From: an uncultured Desulfospira sp.
GTDB taxonomy: Bacteria; Desulfobacterota; Desulfobacteria; Desulfobacterales; Desulfobacteraceae
Assembly: GCA_963663165.1 (NCBI GenBank)
Contig: OY760175.1
Span: 416,001-480,000, forward strand
DNA length: 64,000 nucleotides
Direction: 5' to 3'
Position 1 is the stretch's first letter, and every line of letters begins with the position of its first letter. Below are positions 1-9,195 of the stretch, piece by piece. The translations under genes and the position numbers were made by a program. Below the pieces are notes generated by a model. The model was given only the letters and a program-made list of their open reading frames with translations, had not been told where the DNA came from and ran no database searches.

Positions 1-235
1 GCCCGTCAATCCGGGAAAGGGATTTGATATAAGAGGGGGTGCTGTCGGTGACGGCCACATGGGTAACCGGGGCCAGGGCCGGGTGGCAAAGCAGGCCGGA
101 CAGGGTCGTTTTAACGTCACCGTTGTGAAAGGCCCCGACCGTGTGGATAATGGTTGCGGTATCTTTGTCCGGTTCAATGGCGGCAATGTGAAGGGATACC
201 GAGCCCACATCAATTCCCAGAACAAGTGGTGTCAT
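1..235 (-). CDS. Acyl-CoA dehydratase activase / BadF-BcrA-type ATPase (5' part only, runs off window)
   Basis: Manual translation from ATG at 235: MTPLVLGIDVGSVSLHIAAI...; GIDxGS ASKHA phosphate-1 motif; starts 1 nt after the stop of the upstream ORF. Confidence 0.75.
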   Translation of the reverse strand, partial: MTPLVLGIDVGSVSLHIAAIEPDKDTATIIHTVGAFHNGDVKTTLSGLLCHPALAPVTHVAVTDSTPSYIKSLSRIDG

Positions 236-236
236 C

Positions 237-710
237 TTAAATGCGCTCCTTTATCTGGTTCCAGAATTCAGCCACCCCGGCAAACCACCCGTCCACAAAC
301 TGTCTTTCATGGTCGGTCCCGCCGTCCAGGGCGTATTTTCCCAGTTCATTGGCATCGTATATGTTTTCAAAATAGGCTTTGTATGTGGGGTCATTGATCA
401 GCTGGTACGTATCTTCCAGGCTCAGTACGTACAGCAGGTCTTCATAATGGGCGGATCTGGCCCAAAGTTCTCCCTGGGCTTTTCCGGACTTGAAAAATTT
501 TTTTTCCCAAATCAGCTTTTCATGCTTTAAGCGGGCAATGATGTCCTGCATGTCCATGTCTTCGGAAAACCGTTTTTTAAAGGCTTCCTTTTTTTGAATG
601 GCTTCGGTAACCGCTTCCTGGAACATGGCGGACAGGTTGAATGAGTCCCGCCAGTCTTTGAGCTTTTCATGAAGCAGGTCCGGGATGCTTAAGGTAATTT
701 TCTGGGCCAT
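237..710 (-). CDS. Hypothetical protein with possible N-terminal ribbon-helix-helix DNA-binding domain
   Basis: 157 aa; N-terminus KITLSIPDLLHEKLK...NLSAMFQEAVTEAI fits an RHH/CcdA-like pattern. Confidence 0.6.
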   Translation of the reverse strand: MAQKITLSIPDLLHEKLKDWRDSFNLSAMFQEAVTEAIQKKEAFKKRFSEDMDMQDIIARLKHEKLIWEKKFFKSGKAQGELWARSAHYEDLLYVLSLEDTYQLINDPTYKAYFENIYDANELGKYALDGGTDHERQFVDGWFAGVAEFWNQIKERI

Positions 711-868
711 GGGAGTTGTCCTTCAAGCTTGAAATGGTTTGGTAACAGCTTCAAAAGATGCCGGGACCGGATGGCCGGCTCAAACTGTCCATCTGGTTTT
801 GAAATGGCATCCTTTGATAAGTTGATACATACGTAATCATTTTTATTGTACGTGTCAATGGGAAAAAG

Positions 869-911
869 GGAGACCGGAAACCGGAAGAAAGGAGACCGGA
901 GACCGAAACCG
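869..911. repeat. Heptamer tandem repeat (GGAGACC/GGAAACC)
   Basis: ggagaccggaaaccggaagaaaggagaccggagaccgaaacc. Confidence 0.7.
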
Positions 912-937
912 TCAAGTTCCCTGGTTTGAGCGGTAGG

Positions 938-988
938 GTTGGAGCGGGCCATGCCCGCGATTCGATCGCGGGCATGGCCCGCTCCAAC
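938..988. repeat. REP-like perfect inverted repeat (24-bp arms, 3-nt loop)
   Basis: gttggagcgggccatgcccgcgat-tcg-atcgcgggcatggcccgctccaac; half copy gcatggcccgctcttac at 18072-18088. Confidence 0.85.
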
Positions 989-1479
989 AAGGCGACCTTT
1001 CATGCTCTTGTTCACATCGTTTAGCTCGGTGGATAAAAGAATTGTGTTGCCACCAAATTTTCCGATAGCGATCCCGATAGCGATAGCGGGCAGTCCGCCT
1101 GTTTGAACCGGCAGTCGGGAGATTCAACTATATTGAAGTTAGATGCATTATTTTTTTTATAACGGCCCGTGGCCGTTAGTTCGGATGTCCCGGCGGCCAC
1201 CCGTTTTCTTTGAGATAAACCCCTTGAAAAGCCAAGAGTTTATGAAATAAGTAGGGTGTCGGTACAACGCCTTTGACCGGATAATTTCATTTGCCACCCC
1301 GTTTTTTGTCTCCCTTTTTTATGGCCCTCCCCGCAAGGTCGTTCCCCTTCAGCCATGGGCTGTTTTCTTTTTACACCTGAAAAAATCAACCATCCGTCAG
1401 GCCATGTTTTTTTAGCCGTGTGGTTCCATATCCGGTCCGGATATGGTTACGGCTTTATGCTTTTTTCAAAGGAGGATAC

Positions 1480-2478
1480 ATGAAAACAAAACAAATTTTA
1501 CCCTTTATCCTGGCCATCATCAATGCGGCCACGGCCATGGCAAAAACAATGACGGTCCCATCATCGGCTTATTCAACCATTCAGGGAGCCATTGATGCGG
1601 CCTCTTCCGGTGATACGATCCAGGTCCTGGCCGGAAGCTATGAAGAAAACCTCACCTTAAAAAGTGGGGTAAATGTCCTGGGGGCCGGATTTGAAACCAC
1701 CATCCTATTGTGGATAATGACAACGACGGTATCTGGTGTTACAAATCGGCACCCGTTATCAAGAACAATATTATTGCTGGCAATGACGCATACGGCATTT
1801 TAGCGTCCCATAGCACCGCCGCCATACCGGAAATTTCCTACAATAATGTATGGGAGAATCATGGCAATTATGGCTCCCAGGTCGGGGGCTCGGCTGAGCC
1901 GGGCCCCGGGGATATATCGGTTGATCCGTTGCTCATTGAGCCGGCGTCAAATTTCTCCCGGGGATATTATCTGGATGAAGACTCTCCCTGCATTTGATGA
2001 TGGCACCGTGATACCGGAATGCGGCATGATCAGTCTGGGTGATGATATGGAAAATTTGAATTTCAATATTGTCGCCTGGCACGAAAACGGCTTTCTAAGA
2101 AATTATGAACTGTCTGTCTTTTACGGTAAAAATAAGGACGCAGGGGATGTGGCAGCGGACCAGTATGCCGGTTCCAATGACAGCAGTCCTCCGGACTGGC
2201 AGGGGGTTAAAGATACCTTTGATTCCCTGACAGCAATGAAATCGGGAGACCTTGATGTATGGCATGACCCGGGCTGTGCCTATCAGTTCCATCTGCGGGC
2301 CTGGGCCAGAACCATGGACGGGTTTACCCATATCCGGTCAGCCACGTTCAATGACCACTATTACATTCAGATTTCTCCGGTAAATCAGTGCCTGGCTGAT
2401 CTGGATAACAGCGGTGCCGTTGACGGCGAAGACCTGCGCATTTTTGCCGAAGAATATGGCACCACCGGATGCTGGTAA
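1480..2478 (+). pseudogene. Secreted right-handed beta-helix protein with C-terminal dockerin/EF-hand-like motif, split over three frames
   Basis: GGAGG RBS then ATG at 1480, signal peptide, YSTIQGAIDAASSGDTI motif. Continues in a second frame (NNIIAGN...DSPCI) and a third (…DLDNSGAVDGEDLRIF). Frame breaks at ~1705 and ~1995. Confidence 0.7.
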
Positions 2479-2554
2479 CCTTATGTATAAGAGATTTTGT
2501 CTTTTTTGGGGCCTGTCTTGTCTTTTGGAGATAAACCGGTTATAAATTCTGTTC

Positions 2555-3346
2555 ATGATCATTGAATTTACTGAAAGAACAGGGGCTGCCGCGATTCGGT
2601 CAATTGAAACCTTTGGCCGGTTCTGTCTTTTTTTTGCGGCGGGCATCAGTCAGTTTTTTGTCCTGCCCATTCAGTTTGACAAGATCCTGGAACAGGTCTG
2701 GTTTATCGGGGCCAAATCCATTTTCGTCATTGTCCTGACCGGGCTGTTTACCGGGATGGTCCTGGGGCTTCAAGGATACTACTCCCTGGTGGATTACGGG
2801 TCTGAGGCCGCCCTCGGGGCGGCGGTGGCCCTGACCCTGGTCCGGGAACTCGGGCCGGTTCTTTGTGCCATCATGATCGCGGCCCGGGCCGGATCTGCCA
2901 TGGCGGCCGAAATCGGGGTGATGCGCATATCCGAACAGATTGACGCCTTAAAAACCATGCAGATCAATCCCATCCGGTTCGTGTTTACCCCCCGGGTGGT
3001 GGCGGCCGTGATCAGCTTTCCCTTGCTGACGGCCTTGTTTGACGTTATCGGGATTTTCGGCGGTTACCTGACCGGGTCGGTGATGCTGGGCATCAACCGG
3101 ACGGTCTACATGGACCGGGTCATCTCAAGCGTCCTGATGGCGGATATCAACGGCGGGTTTATCAAGTCCTTTGTGTTTGCCCTGCTGGTGACCGGCATCT
3201 GCTGTTTTCAAGGATTTTATACCCATCTTCAGGAAGGGGGCGGGGTGGGGGCCAAGGGTGTATCCATGTCCACCACCAACGCGGTGGTCGGGTCTTGTGT
3301 CTATATCCTGATTTCTGACTATATCATCACTTATTTTCTGGTTTAA
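2555..3346 (+). CDS. mlaE: Phospholipid ABC transporter permease MlaE
   Basis: RELGPVL, GSAMAAEIGVMRISEQIDAL motifs. Confidence 0.95.
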   Translation: MIIEFTERTGAAAIRSIETFGRFCLFFAAGISQFFVLPIQFDKILEQVWFIGAKSIFVIVLTGLFTGMVLGLQGYYSLVDYGSEAALGAAVALTLVRELGPVLCAIMIAARAGSAMAAEIGVMRISEQIDALKTMQINPIRFVFTPRVVAAVISFPLLTALFDVIGIFGGYLTGSVMLGINRTVYMDRVISSVLMADINGGFIKSFVFALLVTGICCFQGFYTHLQEGGGVGAKGVSMSTTNAVVGSCVYILISDYIITYFLV

Positions 3347-3351
3347 TCCCC

Positions 3352-4101
3352 ATGACAGAACCGCTTATTGAATTTATCGGCATCAAAAAAAGTTTTGGGG
3401 ACAACCATGTTCTCAAAGGGATTGACCTGCCCATATATGAAGGCCTGATTACGGCCATCATCGGCAAAAGCGGCACTGGAAAATCTGTATTGCTCAAGCA
3501 TATCATCGGCCTTGTCAAACAGGATGAAGGAACCCTGAAGGTCCGGGGGCAGTCCCTTAAAACTTTGTCGAAAAAAGAGCTCAGGGCCTTTCAAAAGAAC
3601 TTAAGCTACATGTTCCAGGACAATGCCCTGTTTGATTTTTTAAATATTTTTGACAACATTGCCCTGCCGCTGGTTGAAACCCGGAAGGGATCAGGCCTTT
3701 CAAAAGAAATCATCCGAAAAAAAGTGGCCATGAGAATGGAACAGCTCGAGCTTTCAGGGAATGAACATAAATTCCCCCTGGAGCTTTCCGGGGGCATGCG
3801 CAAACGGGTGGCCTTAGCCCGGGCCCTGGTCACCGACCCCAAGGTTGTTCTATTTGACGAGCCCACCACCGGGCTTGATCCGGTCAGGAAACACGATGTC
3901 CATTCCATGATCCAGTCATATCAGGAACAGTTCGGGTTTACCGCCGTGATTGTCAGCCATGACATCCCTGAGATTTTTGATGTGGCCCAGAAGATCGCCA
4001 TGCTGGACGAAGGAAAGATTATTTTCGAAGGAACCCGGGACCAGTTGATGGGTTCGGATAACCAACGGCTCAATGCATTTATTCAGGGCCGGGAAGCGTA
4101 A
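3352..4101 (+). CDS. mlaF: ABC ATPase MlaF
   Basis: GKSGTGKS, LSGGMRKRVALARAL, DEPTTGLDP; operon context. Confidence 0.93.
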   Translation: MTEPLIEFIGIKKSFGDNHVLKGIDLPIYEGLITAIIGKSGTGKSVLLKHIIGLVKQDEGTLKVRGQSLKTLSKKELRAFQKNLSYMFQDNALFDFLNIFDNIALPLVETRKGSGLSKEIIRKKVAMRMEQLELSGNEHKFPLELSGGMRKRVALARALVTDPKVVLFDEPTTGLDPVRKHDVHSMIQSYQEQFGFTAVIVSHDIPEIFDVAQKIAMLDEGKIIFEGTRDQLMGSDNQRLNAFIQGREA

Positions 4102-4103
4102 CC

Positions 4104-4212
4104 GCTAACAGCTAAAAAGAAGCTTTTAGCTATAAGCCATTAGCTTTTAGCCATAAGGACTTACAACCATTCGCTAAAGGCTAAGGGCTAACAGCTAACA
4201 GCTTATAAAGCC
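4104..4212. repeat. Heptamer repeat array (GCTAACA/TTAGCTA), both orientations
   Basis: gctaacagctaaaa...ttttagctataagccattagcttttagc...gctaaaggctaagggctaacagctaacagc. Confidence 0.8.
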
Positions 4213-4224
4213 AAAGGCAAATAA

Positions 4225-4683
4225 ATGGAAAGAAGAAAAAAAGAATTTTACGTGGGCTTTTTTGTGCTGATCGGCCTGCTGGCCTCAGGGTATCTGCTGG
4301 TCACCTTAGGTGAAATTACCCCGTTTTCCAATAACCACTATACGGTTTTTGGATATTTCTCGTCTGTATCCGGCCTGAAACAGGGGGCCCGGGTGGAGAT
4401 TGCCGGGGTTCCCGTCGGCACGGTAGCTTCGGTTGACATTGACCGGAAACGGCTTCTGGCCAAGGTTGAGTTTGCCATTGACAAGACCATAGAGCTGTCC
4501 GAAGATTCCATTGCCTCAGTCAAAACTTCTGGTATAATAGGTGAAAAGTATATTGATATTTTACCGGGCGGATCGGATATGTTTCTTGAGAACGGCGATG
4601 AAATTGAGAACACCGAATCCACCGTTGACATCGAATCCCTTGTAAGAAGGTTTATATTCAGCGATGAAAAATCTGATAAATAG
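4225..4683 (+). CDS. mlaD: MCE-domain protein MlaD
   Basis: N-terminal TM helix; GLKQGARVEIAGVPVG; TSGIIGEKYI. Confidence 0.95.
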   Translation: MERRKKEFYVGFFVLIGLLASGYLLVTLGEITPFSNNHYTVFGYFSSVSGLKQGARVEIAGVPVGTVASVDIDRKRLLAKVEFAIDKTIELSEDSIASVKTSGIIGEKYIDILPGGSDMFLENGDEIENTESTVDIESLVRRFIFSDEKSDK

Positions 4684-5311
4684 ATCTTTGTTCAGGGCCT
4701 GCCTCCTATGGGCGGCCTGTTGTCTTATCGTGCTGGGTTCAGGGGTGGCTTTTGCAGGGCCGTCTGCCGCTGACACAGAAGCCCAGGCCCAGTTAAAGGC
4801 CTTTGTGGATGATATGCTTTCCCTGATCCGGGAAACACCGGAAGGCGTAACGTTGGCGTCCCGAAAAGACCAGCTTCATGACAGGGCCATGAAAATGTTT
4901 GATTTTTCAACTTTTTCCATGCTCTCCTTAGGGGCAAAATACCGCTCTTTTTCCGATGCCCAGAAAGAAGCGTTTACCCAGTGTTTTTCTCAGTTGATCT
5001 GCAACACCTATGTGGCAAAGCTTGAGGGACAACGGGTGGACAACATTCAAATTGAATATGATGACCCCATGCCCCTTGCCCCGAAACGGGATACCCTGCG
5101 CTCGGATGTCCCGAGCCGGATTATTCAGGAAGGCGTTCCCATTCCCGTCATATACCGGATGATCAAAAGGGGAGACGGGGAATGGAAAATTTACGATGTC
5201 AAAATAGAGGGCGTCAGCATGGCCGCCAATTACCGGGAGCAGTTCCGGCAGGCGGTTAATGATTCTCCTGAAAAAATTATTAACGATATCAAGGAAAAAC
5301 TCAAAGAGTGA
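4664..5311 (+). CDS. mlaC: Periplasmic phospholipid shuttle MlaC/Ttg2D
   Basis: Signal peptide; WKIYDVKIEGVSMAANYREQF. Confidence 0.9.
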   Translation: MKNLINRSLFRACLLWAACCLIVLGSGVAFAGPSAADTEAQAQLKAFVDDMLSLIRETPEGVTLASRKDQLHDRAMKMFDFSTFSMLSLGAKYRSFSDAQKEAFTQCFSQLICNTYVAKLEGQRVDNIQIEYDDPMPLAPKRDTLRSDVPSRIIQEGVPIPVIYRMIKRGDGEWKIYDVKIEGVSMAANYREQFRQAVNDSPEKIINDIKEKLKE

Positions 5312-6174
5312 AAACAAAACGGTTCATCCTCAATGGTGTGCTGGCAGGGGTATTTCTTCTTTTCTCAACCTGTACCACTGGTCTGGCCCAGGATTCCTCA
5401 GCTTCCTGGGAAGTGATGGACCAGGCCGGGGAAGGCTTTGAGTTTGATTCTCCGTTTTTACTGGCCAAGGCCGGATGGACCGGGGCAAGCCCGTCCGGTG
5501 ATAAGGATCAGGACGTGGATGACGGGCTGGACTTATTTGAAGAGTATGATGAAAGCCTGGTTCAAGAGGCCATGGTGCCGGACCCCCTTTATTACTTTAA
5601 CTATGCCATGTACGCGTTGAACGATGTCCTTTATTTTTATGCCATCAAACCCGTGGGCCAGGGGTATAAAGCCGTTGTTCCCACCATTGTCCGAAAGGGA
5701 ATCCGCAATTTTTTCCATAATCTTCTGTTTCCGGTCCGGTTTGTGAACAATCTGCTTCAGGGCAAGGTGGTCAATACGTCCAATGAATTCGGTATTTTTC
5801 TGGTAAACTCCACATTGGGCGTCCTCGGGTTTAACCAGTATGCCCAGGAACACATGGATATCAAAACCAATGCCGAGGATCTTGGACAGACCTTTGGGAC
5901 CTGGTCCATTGGTGAAGGACTTTACCTGGTCCTGCCGTTTTTCGGCCCCACCACCGCCCGGGACGCTGTGGGCCGGGTAGGGGACTATTTTATCACGCCG
6001 CTCAATTACCTTGACCCCTGGGAACTTTACTGGGGAAGCACCGCCCTCAGATCCGTCAACGATGCCTCCTTTAGAATCGGGGATTATGAGGCCTTGAAAC
6101 AGGCTGCCCTGGATCCTTATGCGGCCCTTAAGAATGCGTACATCCAAAATCGCAGGGCCGCCATCCTTAAGTAG
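5308..6174 (+). CDS. mlaA: MlaA/VacJ family protein
   Basis: EDLGQTFGTWSIGEGLYLVLPFFGPTTARD; DPYAALKNAYIQ. Confidence 0.92.
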   Translation: MKTKRFILNGVLAGVFLLFSTCTTGLAQDSSASWEVMDQAGEGFEFDSPFLLAKAGWTGASPSGDKDQDVDDGLDLFEEYDESLVQEAMVPDPLYYFNYAMYALNDVLYFYAIKPVGQGYKAVVPTIVRKGIRNFFHNLLFPVRFVNNLLQGKVVNTSNEFGIFLVNSTLGVLGFNQYAQEHMDIKTNAEDLGQTFGTWSIGEGLYLVLPFFGPTTARDAVGRVGDYFITPLNYLDPWELYWGSTALRSVNDASFRIGDYEALKQAALDPYAALKNAYIQNRRAAILK

Positions 6175-6300
6175 TGTTTGAACGAAAAGTCACCCATCTG
6201 CTGTGTTGCAAAAAAAGTTGCAATCCTCACAACCTTCCAGGTTGCTCCGGTTGCAACTTTTTTTTGCGCCTTGCATCTGGGCAACTTTTCGTTCAAACAC
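6174..6300 (-). repeat. 127-bp structured palindromic element (copy A)
   Basis: 17-bp perfect terminal inverted repeat gtgtttgaacgaaaagt; nested stems; close homolog at 38159-38284. Confidence 0.85.
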
Positions 6301-6329
6301 CGGGGAAATCGGCAAGTGAGAAAGTGGCC

Positions 6330-6381
6330 AGGCTGAAAGGAACGCGCAGCCCTAAACTCCTTCAACATTCAGCCTAATCCC
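6330..6381. repeat. AGGCTGAA...TTCAGCCT palindrome (15-mer family)
   Basis: Same arms as at 7711 and 40911. Confidence 0.6.
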
Positions 6382-7203
6382 CTAAAATCCAAACAAATCA
6401 TCCCGCCGGTTGGGCAGAAAATACCGCATGCGGTGGGACCGTACGTGCTTCAGTGCACGGGGGTCAAGGTCTGTGATGTGAAGGTGTTCCCGGTCGTCCA
6501 GGGATCGGGACACCGGGGTGCCGTCCGGGTTCAGGACCAGGGCAAGCCCGGGGAAACTCAAGCCGGCCCCATTGTCGCCGGTCTGGTTTACGGCGGCCAC
6601 AAACAGGCCGTTGTCAAAGGCCCGGGCGCTGAGATGGCGCATCCAGGATAGAAATTTTTCTCTGGAGTTTCCCCTGGGGGAGGCGTGGGGAAAGAACAGG
6701 GCATCGGCCTGCTTTAAGGCCATGGCCGTGGACAGTTCCGGGAAATGGGCGTCGTAGCACAGCTGAATACCGAATTTAAATTGGGGTAAGGAAAATACCT
6801 TGATGCTGTTCCCGGGGGAAAAAAAAGGCTTTTCGTTGGGGGCGGTATGCAGCTTTCTGTAATATGCCACCGGCTGGTCCGGCTGGAATACCAGGTGGGT
6901 CACGCAGATCCTGTCCGGGGCCTTATCGGACAACACCTGTTCGGCCATGCCCGTAAGAATGGTCATTCCGGTCTGGCGGGACTGGTCGCTGAAGGTTTGG
7001 ATCAGGTCCTGGTCCAGAGGGCGGGCGATTTTTTTGACGGTTTTCCCGGCCGTGTAGCCGGTCAGGTTCATTTCCGGAAAGACAATGATGTCGGCCTTGT
7101 CCGAGGCTGCCTTGGACACAAAATCAAGGGTTGATTCAAGGTTTTTGTCAAATTGGCCGGCCATGCAGTTCTGCACGGCCAGGGCAAGGCGCACAGGCTT
7201 CAT
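6382..7203 (-). CDS. Carbon-nitrogen hydrolase (nitrilase superfamily)
   Basis: FPE, YRKLH, LCYD catalytic E-K-C motifs. Confidence 0.92.
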   Translation of the reverse strand: MKPVRLALAVQNCMAGQFDKNLESTLDFVSKAASDKADIIVFPEMNLTGYTAGKTVKKIARPLDQDLIQTFSDQSRQTGMTILTGMAEQVLSDKAPDRICVTHLVFQPDQPVAYYRKLHTAPNEKPFFSPGNSIKVFSLPQFKFGIQLCYDAHFPELSTAMALKQADALFFPHASPRGNSREKFLSWMRHLSARAFDNGLFVAAVNQTGDNGAGLSFPGLALVLNPDGTPVSRSLDDREHLHITDLDPRALKHVRSHRMRYFLPNRRDDLFGF

Positions 7204-7682
7204 AATTTAAAGTTGGCCGAAATCTTAAATACCCGGGTGGCCGGGAGATTGAGGATTTCAACCCCGCCGGTTTTTTGAGAAATTTCGTTGAGGCTGTCCT
7301 GGATAGTCTGTCTTGAAGGGGAAATAAAGGTAAACCAGATGTTAAAGGTATGGTCACGCCGGTAGTTATGGGTTACCCCGGAATAGCTGTTGACCACCCG
7401 GGTGAACTCGTCGATCTTGTCTTCAGGGACTTTTGCCGCGCACAGGGTGGAAAAATACCCGAGCCGGTCCGGGCTGAAATTGCCGCCAATCCGCCGGATG
7501 ATCATGGCCTCTTTCATGGCCTTGACCCGGAAGATCAGTTCATCTTCCCCCAGGCCGAGCCGCTCGGCAATCACCTTGTACGGCCTTGGGTCAATGGGAA
7601 AATCCGTCTGAATCATGTTGAGGATGTTCCGGTCAATCTCATCTAAAGGGGGAGATTCCGCTGTGGTCGTGTCCTGAGACAT
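7200..7682 (-). CDS. ahbA: Siroheme decarboxylase alpha subunit (Lrp/AsnC-like)
   Basis: IQTDFPIDPRPY, IIRRIGG, STLCAAKV, VTHNYRR, NIWFT. Confidence 0.85.
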   Translation of the reverse strand: MSQDTTTAESPPLDEIDRNILNMIQTDFPIDPRPYKVIAERLGLGEDELIFRVKAMKEAMIIRRIGGNFSPDRLGYFSTLCAAKVPEDKIDEFTRVVNSYSGVTHNYRRDHTFNIWFTFISPSRQTIQDSLNEISQKTGGVEILNLPATRVFKISANFKL

Positions 7683-7710
7683 GGGGTAGTTTCCTGAAGT
7701 GATAGGCGTT

Positions 7711-7773
7711 TAGGCTGAAGGGGATTAGACTGAAGGGGGGGCTGCCTAAAAGCATTCAGCCTATTCACCTTCA
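7711..7773. repeat. 15-mer (GGGGATTAGGCTGAA) palindromic repeat
   Basis: taggctgaaggggattagactgaagggg...ttcagcctattcaccttca. Confidence 0.7.
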
Positions 7774-7806
7774 AAAAAAAAGGGCCCTGTTGATCAACAG
7801 AGCCCC
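7773..7806 (-). terminator. Rho-independent terminator of dsrC
   Basis: Minus strand: ggggctctgttg-at-caacagggccc followed by T9. Confidence 0.8.
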
Positions 7807-7833
7807 TAACCAATCGTGAAAAGTCTTATTTAA

Positions 7834-8151
7834 CTATACACATCCGGTCGGTTTGGGCAGGCCAGCCATTTTACAGGCTCCTTTACCCGGTCCAGAGGGG
7901 AACAATTCATAGATGTGTTTCAGTTTGAACTTGGTCAGCTTGGACAGAACACGTACCATGGGGGCGATGCCGTTTTTCTCGTAGTAGTCCTGGAGAACTT
8001 TAACAACCTGCCAGTGTTCTTCGGTCATCTCGTCGATACCTTCCTGAGTTTTGACGTATTCTACCCATTCTTCAGAATAGAGATTGTAGTCGAGAAGGAA
8101 ACCATCTTCATCAATTTCAAAATTCTTCCCGTTAAACTCGATTGTTGCCAT
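7834..8151 (-). CDS. dsrC: Dissimilatory sulfite reductase sulfur carrier DsrC
   Basis: 105 aa; C-terminal GPGKGACKMAGLPKPTGCV with both conserved Cys (CX10C). Confidence 0.95.
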   Translation of the reverse strand: MATIEFNGKNFEIDEDGFLLDYNLYSEEWVEYVKTQEGIDEMTEEHWQVVKVLQDYYEKNGIAPMVRVLSKLTKFKLKHIYELFPSGPGKGACKMAGLPKPTGCV

Positions 8152-8245
8152 TTAAAAATTCCTCCTTAAATAAGTTTTGATACTTCCATTATACATAAGA
8201 CATGACTGTCTTGCATTCCGCATTCCCAATGATAATTGAGAACTT

Positions 8246-8274
8246 ACCATATCCCAGCAACCTAATCTTGTCAA
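8246..8274 (-). promoter_or_regulatory. Sigma70 promoter of dsrC
   Basis: TTGACA-17 nt-TATGGT on minus strand. Confidence 0.65.
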
Positions 8275-8329
8275 TAAAGAATCAAGGTTCTATGTTAATT
8301 TATATCTTTAAGATTAAATGCCTTTAAAT

Positions 8330-9175
8330 CTAATATTCTTTGGGGGTCAAGTTGATCTGCTCCAGGGTAAAAACAGGGCCGTCCTTGCAGACCAGTTCCT
8401 TGCCGATATTACACCGCCCGCACATGCCGATGCCGCATTTCATCCGGTTTTCCAGGGACATGATGATCTGGCCCGGGCCGTATCCTAAGGCCGTCAGTGC
8501 CGGCTGGGTAAACTTGATCATGATGGGCGGGCCGCAGACAATGGCGTAGGTGTCTTTATCGGCCTTAGGGGCGTTCTGCTCCACTACCTGGGGAACAAAC
8601 CCCACATGGTATTTCCAGTCAGGGTCATCGGTGCCGTCAACGGTGATGTGCATGTTGATGTCATCGCGCTTTTCCCATTCATACAATTCTTCCCTGTAAA
8701 GCAGCATGCCCGGAGACCTTGCCCCGTACACCACGTCAATATTTTTAAACCTGGGCCGGTTGGCCGGATCCAGCATATAGACAATGGAAGAGCGCAGGGT
8801 GGTAAAGGCAAACCCGCCGCCGATAATGACCACATTCTTGTTTTCAAGGGTCTCCCAGGGGTACCAGTTGCCTAAGGGGCCTCTGATGCCCATGATATCC
8901 CCTACCTTCATGTTGTGCAGGTGGGAGGTGACCACGCCGGTGCGGAATACGGTAAATTTGACAAAGCCCTTTTCCACCGGGGAAGAGGCAATGCCGATGG
9001 GGATTTCACCCACCCCCGGAATGGACAGTTCAGCAAACTGCCCGGCCTTGTAAGCAAATTTTTCTTCATCTTCAGGGTTTAAGAAGACAAATTTAAATGT
9101 TTTAAGGGATTTGTCTTCGGTTGCCACCGCTATGTCATCAATGCGAACCGGGTAGGGCAGATAGGGATTTTCCAT
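8330..9175 (-). CDS. flxA: FAD/NAD-binding, 2Fe-2S flavin oxidoreductase FlxA
   Basis: GIRGPLGN, IGGG, CGPPIM, MKCGIGMCGRC...CKDGPV. Confidence 0.88.
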   Translation of the reverse strand: MENPYLPYPVRIDDIAVATEDKSLKTFKFVFLNPEDEEKFAYKAGQFAELSIPGVGEIPIGIASSPVEKGFVKFTVFRTGVVTSHLHNMKVGDIMGIRGPLGNWYPWETLENKNVVIIGGGFAFTTLRSSIVYMLDPANRPRFKNIDVVYGARSPGMLLYREELYEWEKRDDINMHITVDGTDDPDWKYHVGFVPQVVEQNAPKADKDTYAIVCGPPIMIKFTQPALTALGYGPGQIIMSLENRMKCGIGMCGRCNIGKELVCKDGPVFTLEQINLTPKEY

Positions 9176-9195
9176 GGTGTTTCCTCCTTTGTTCG

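Noticed and set aside
1995..1997. TGA after DSPCI as selenocysteine
   Set aside because: Followed by another TGA, not at a Cys position; better explained by a 1-nt frameshift
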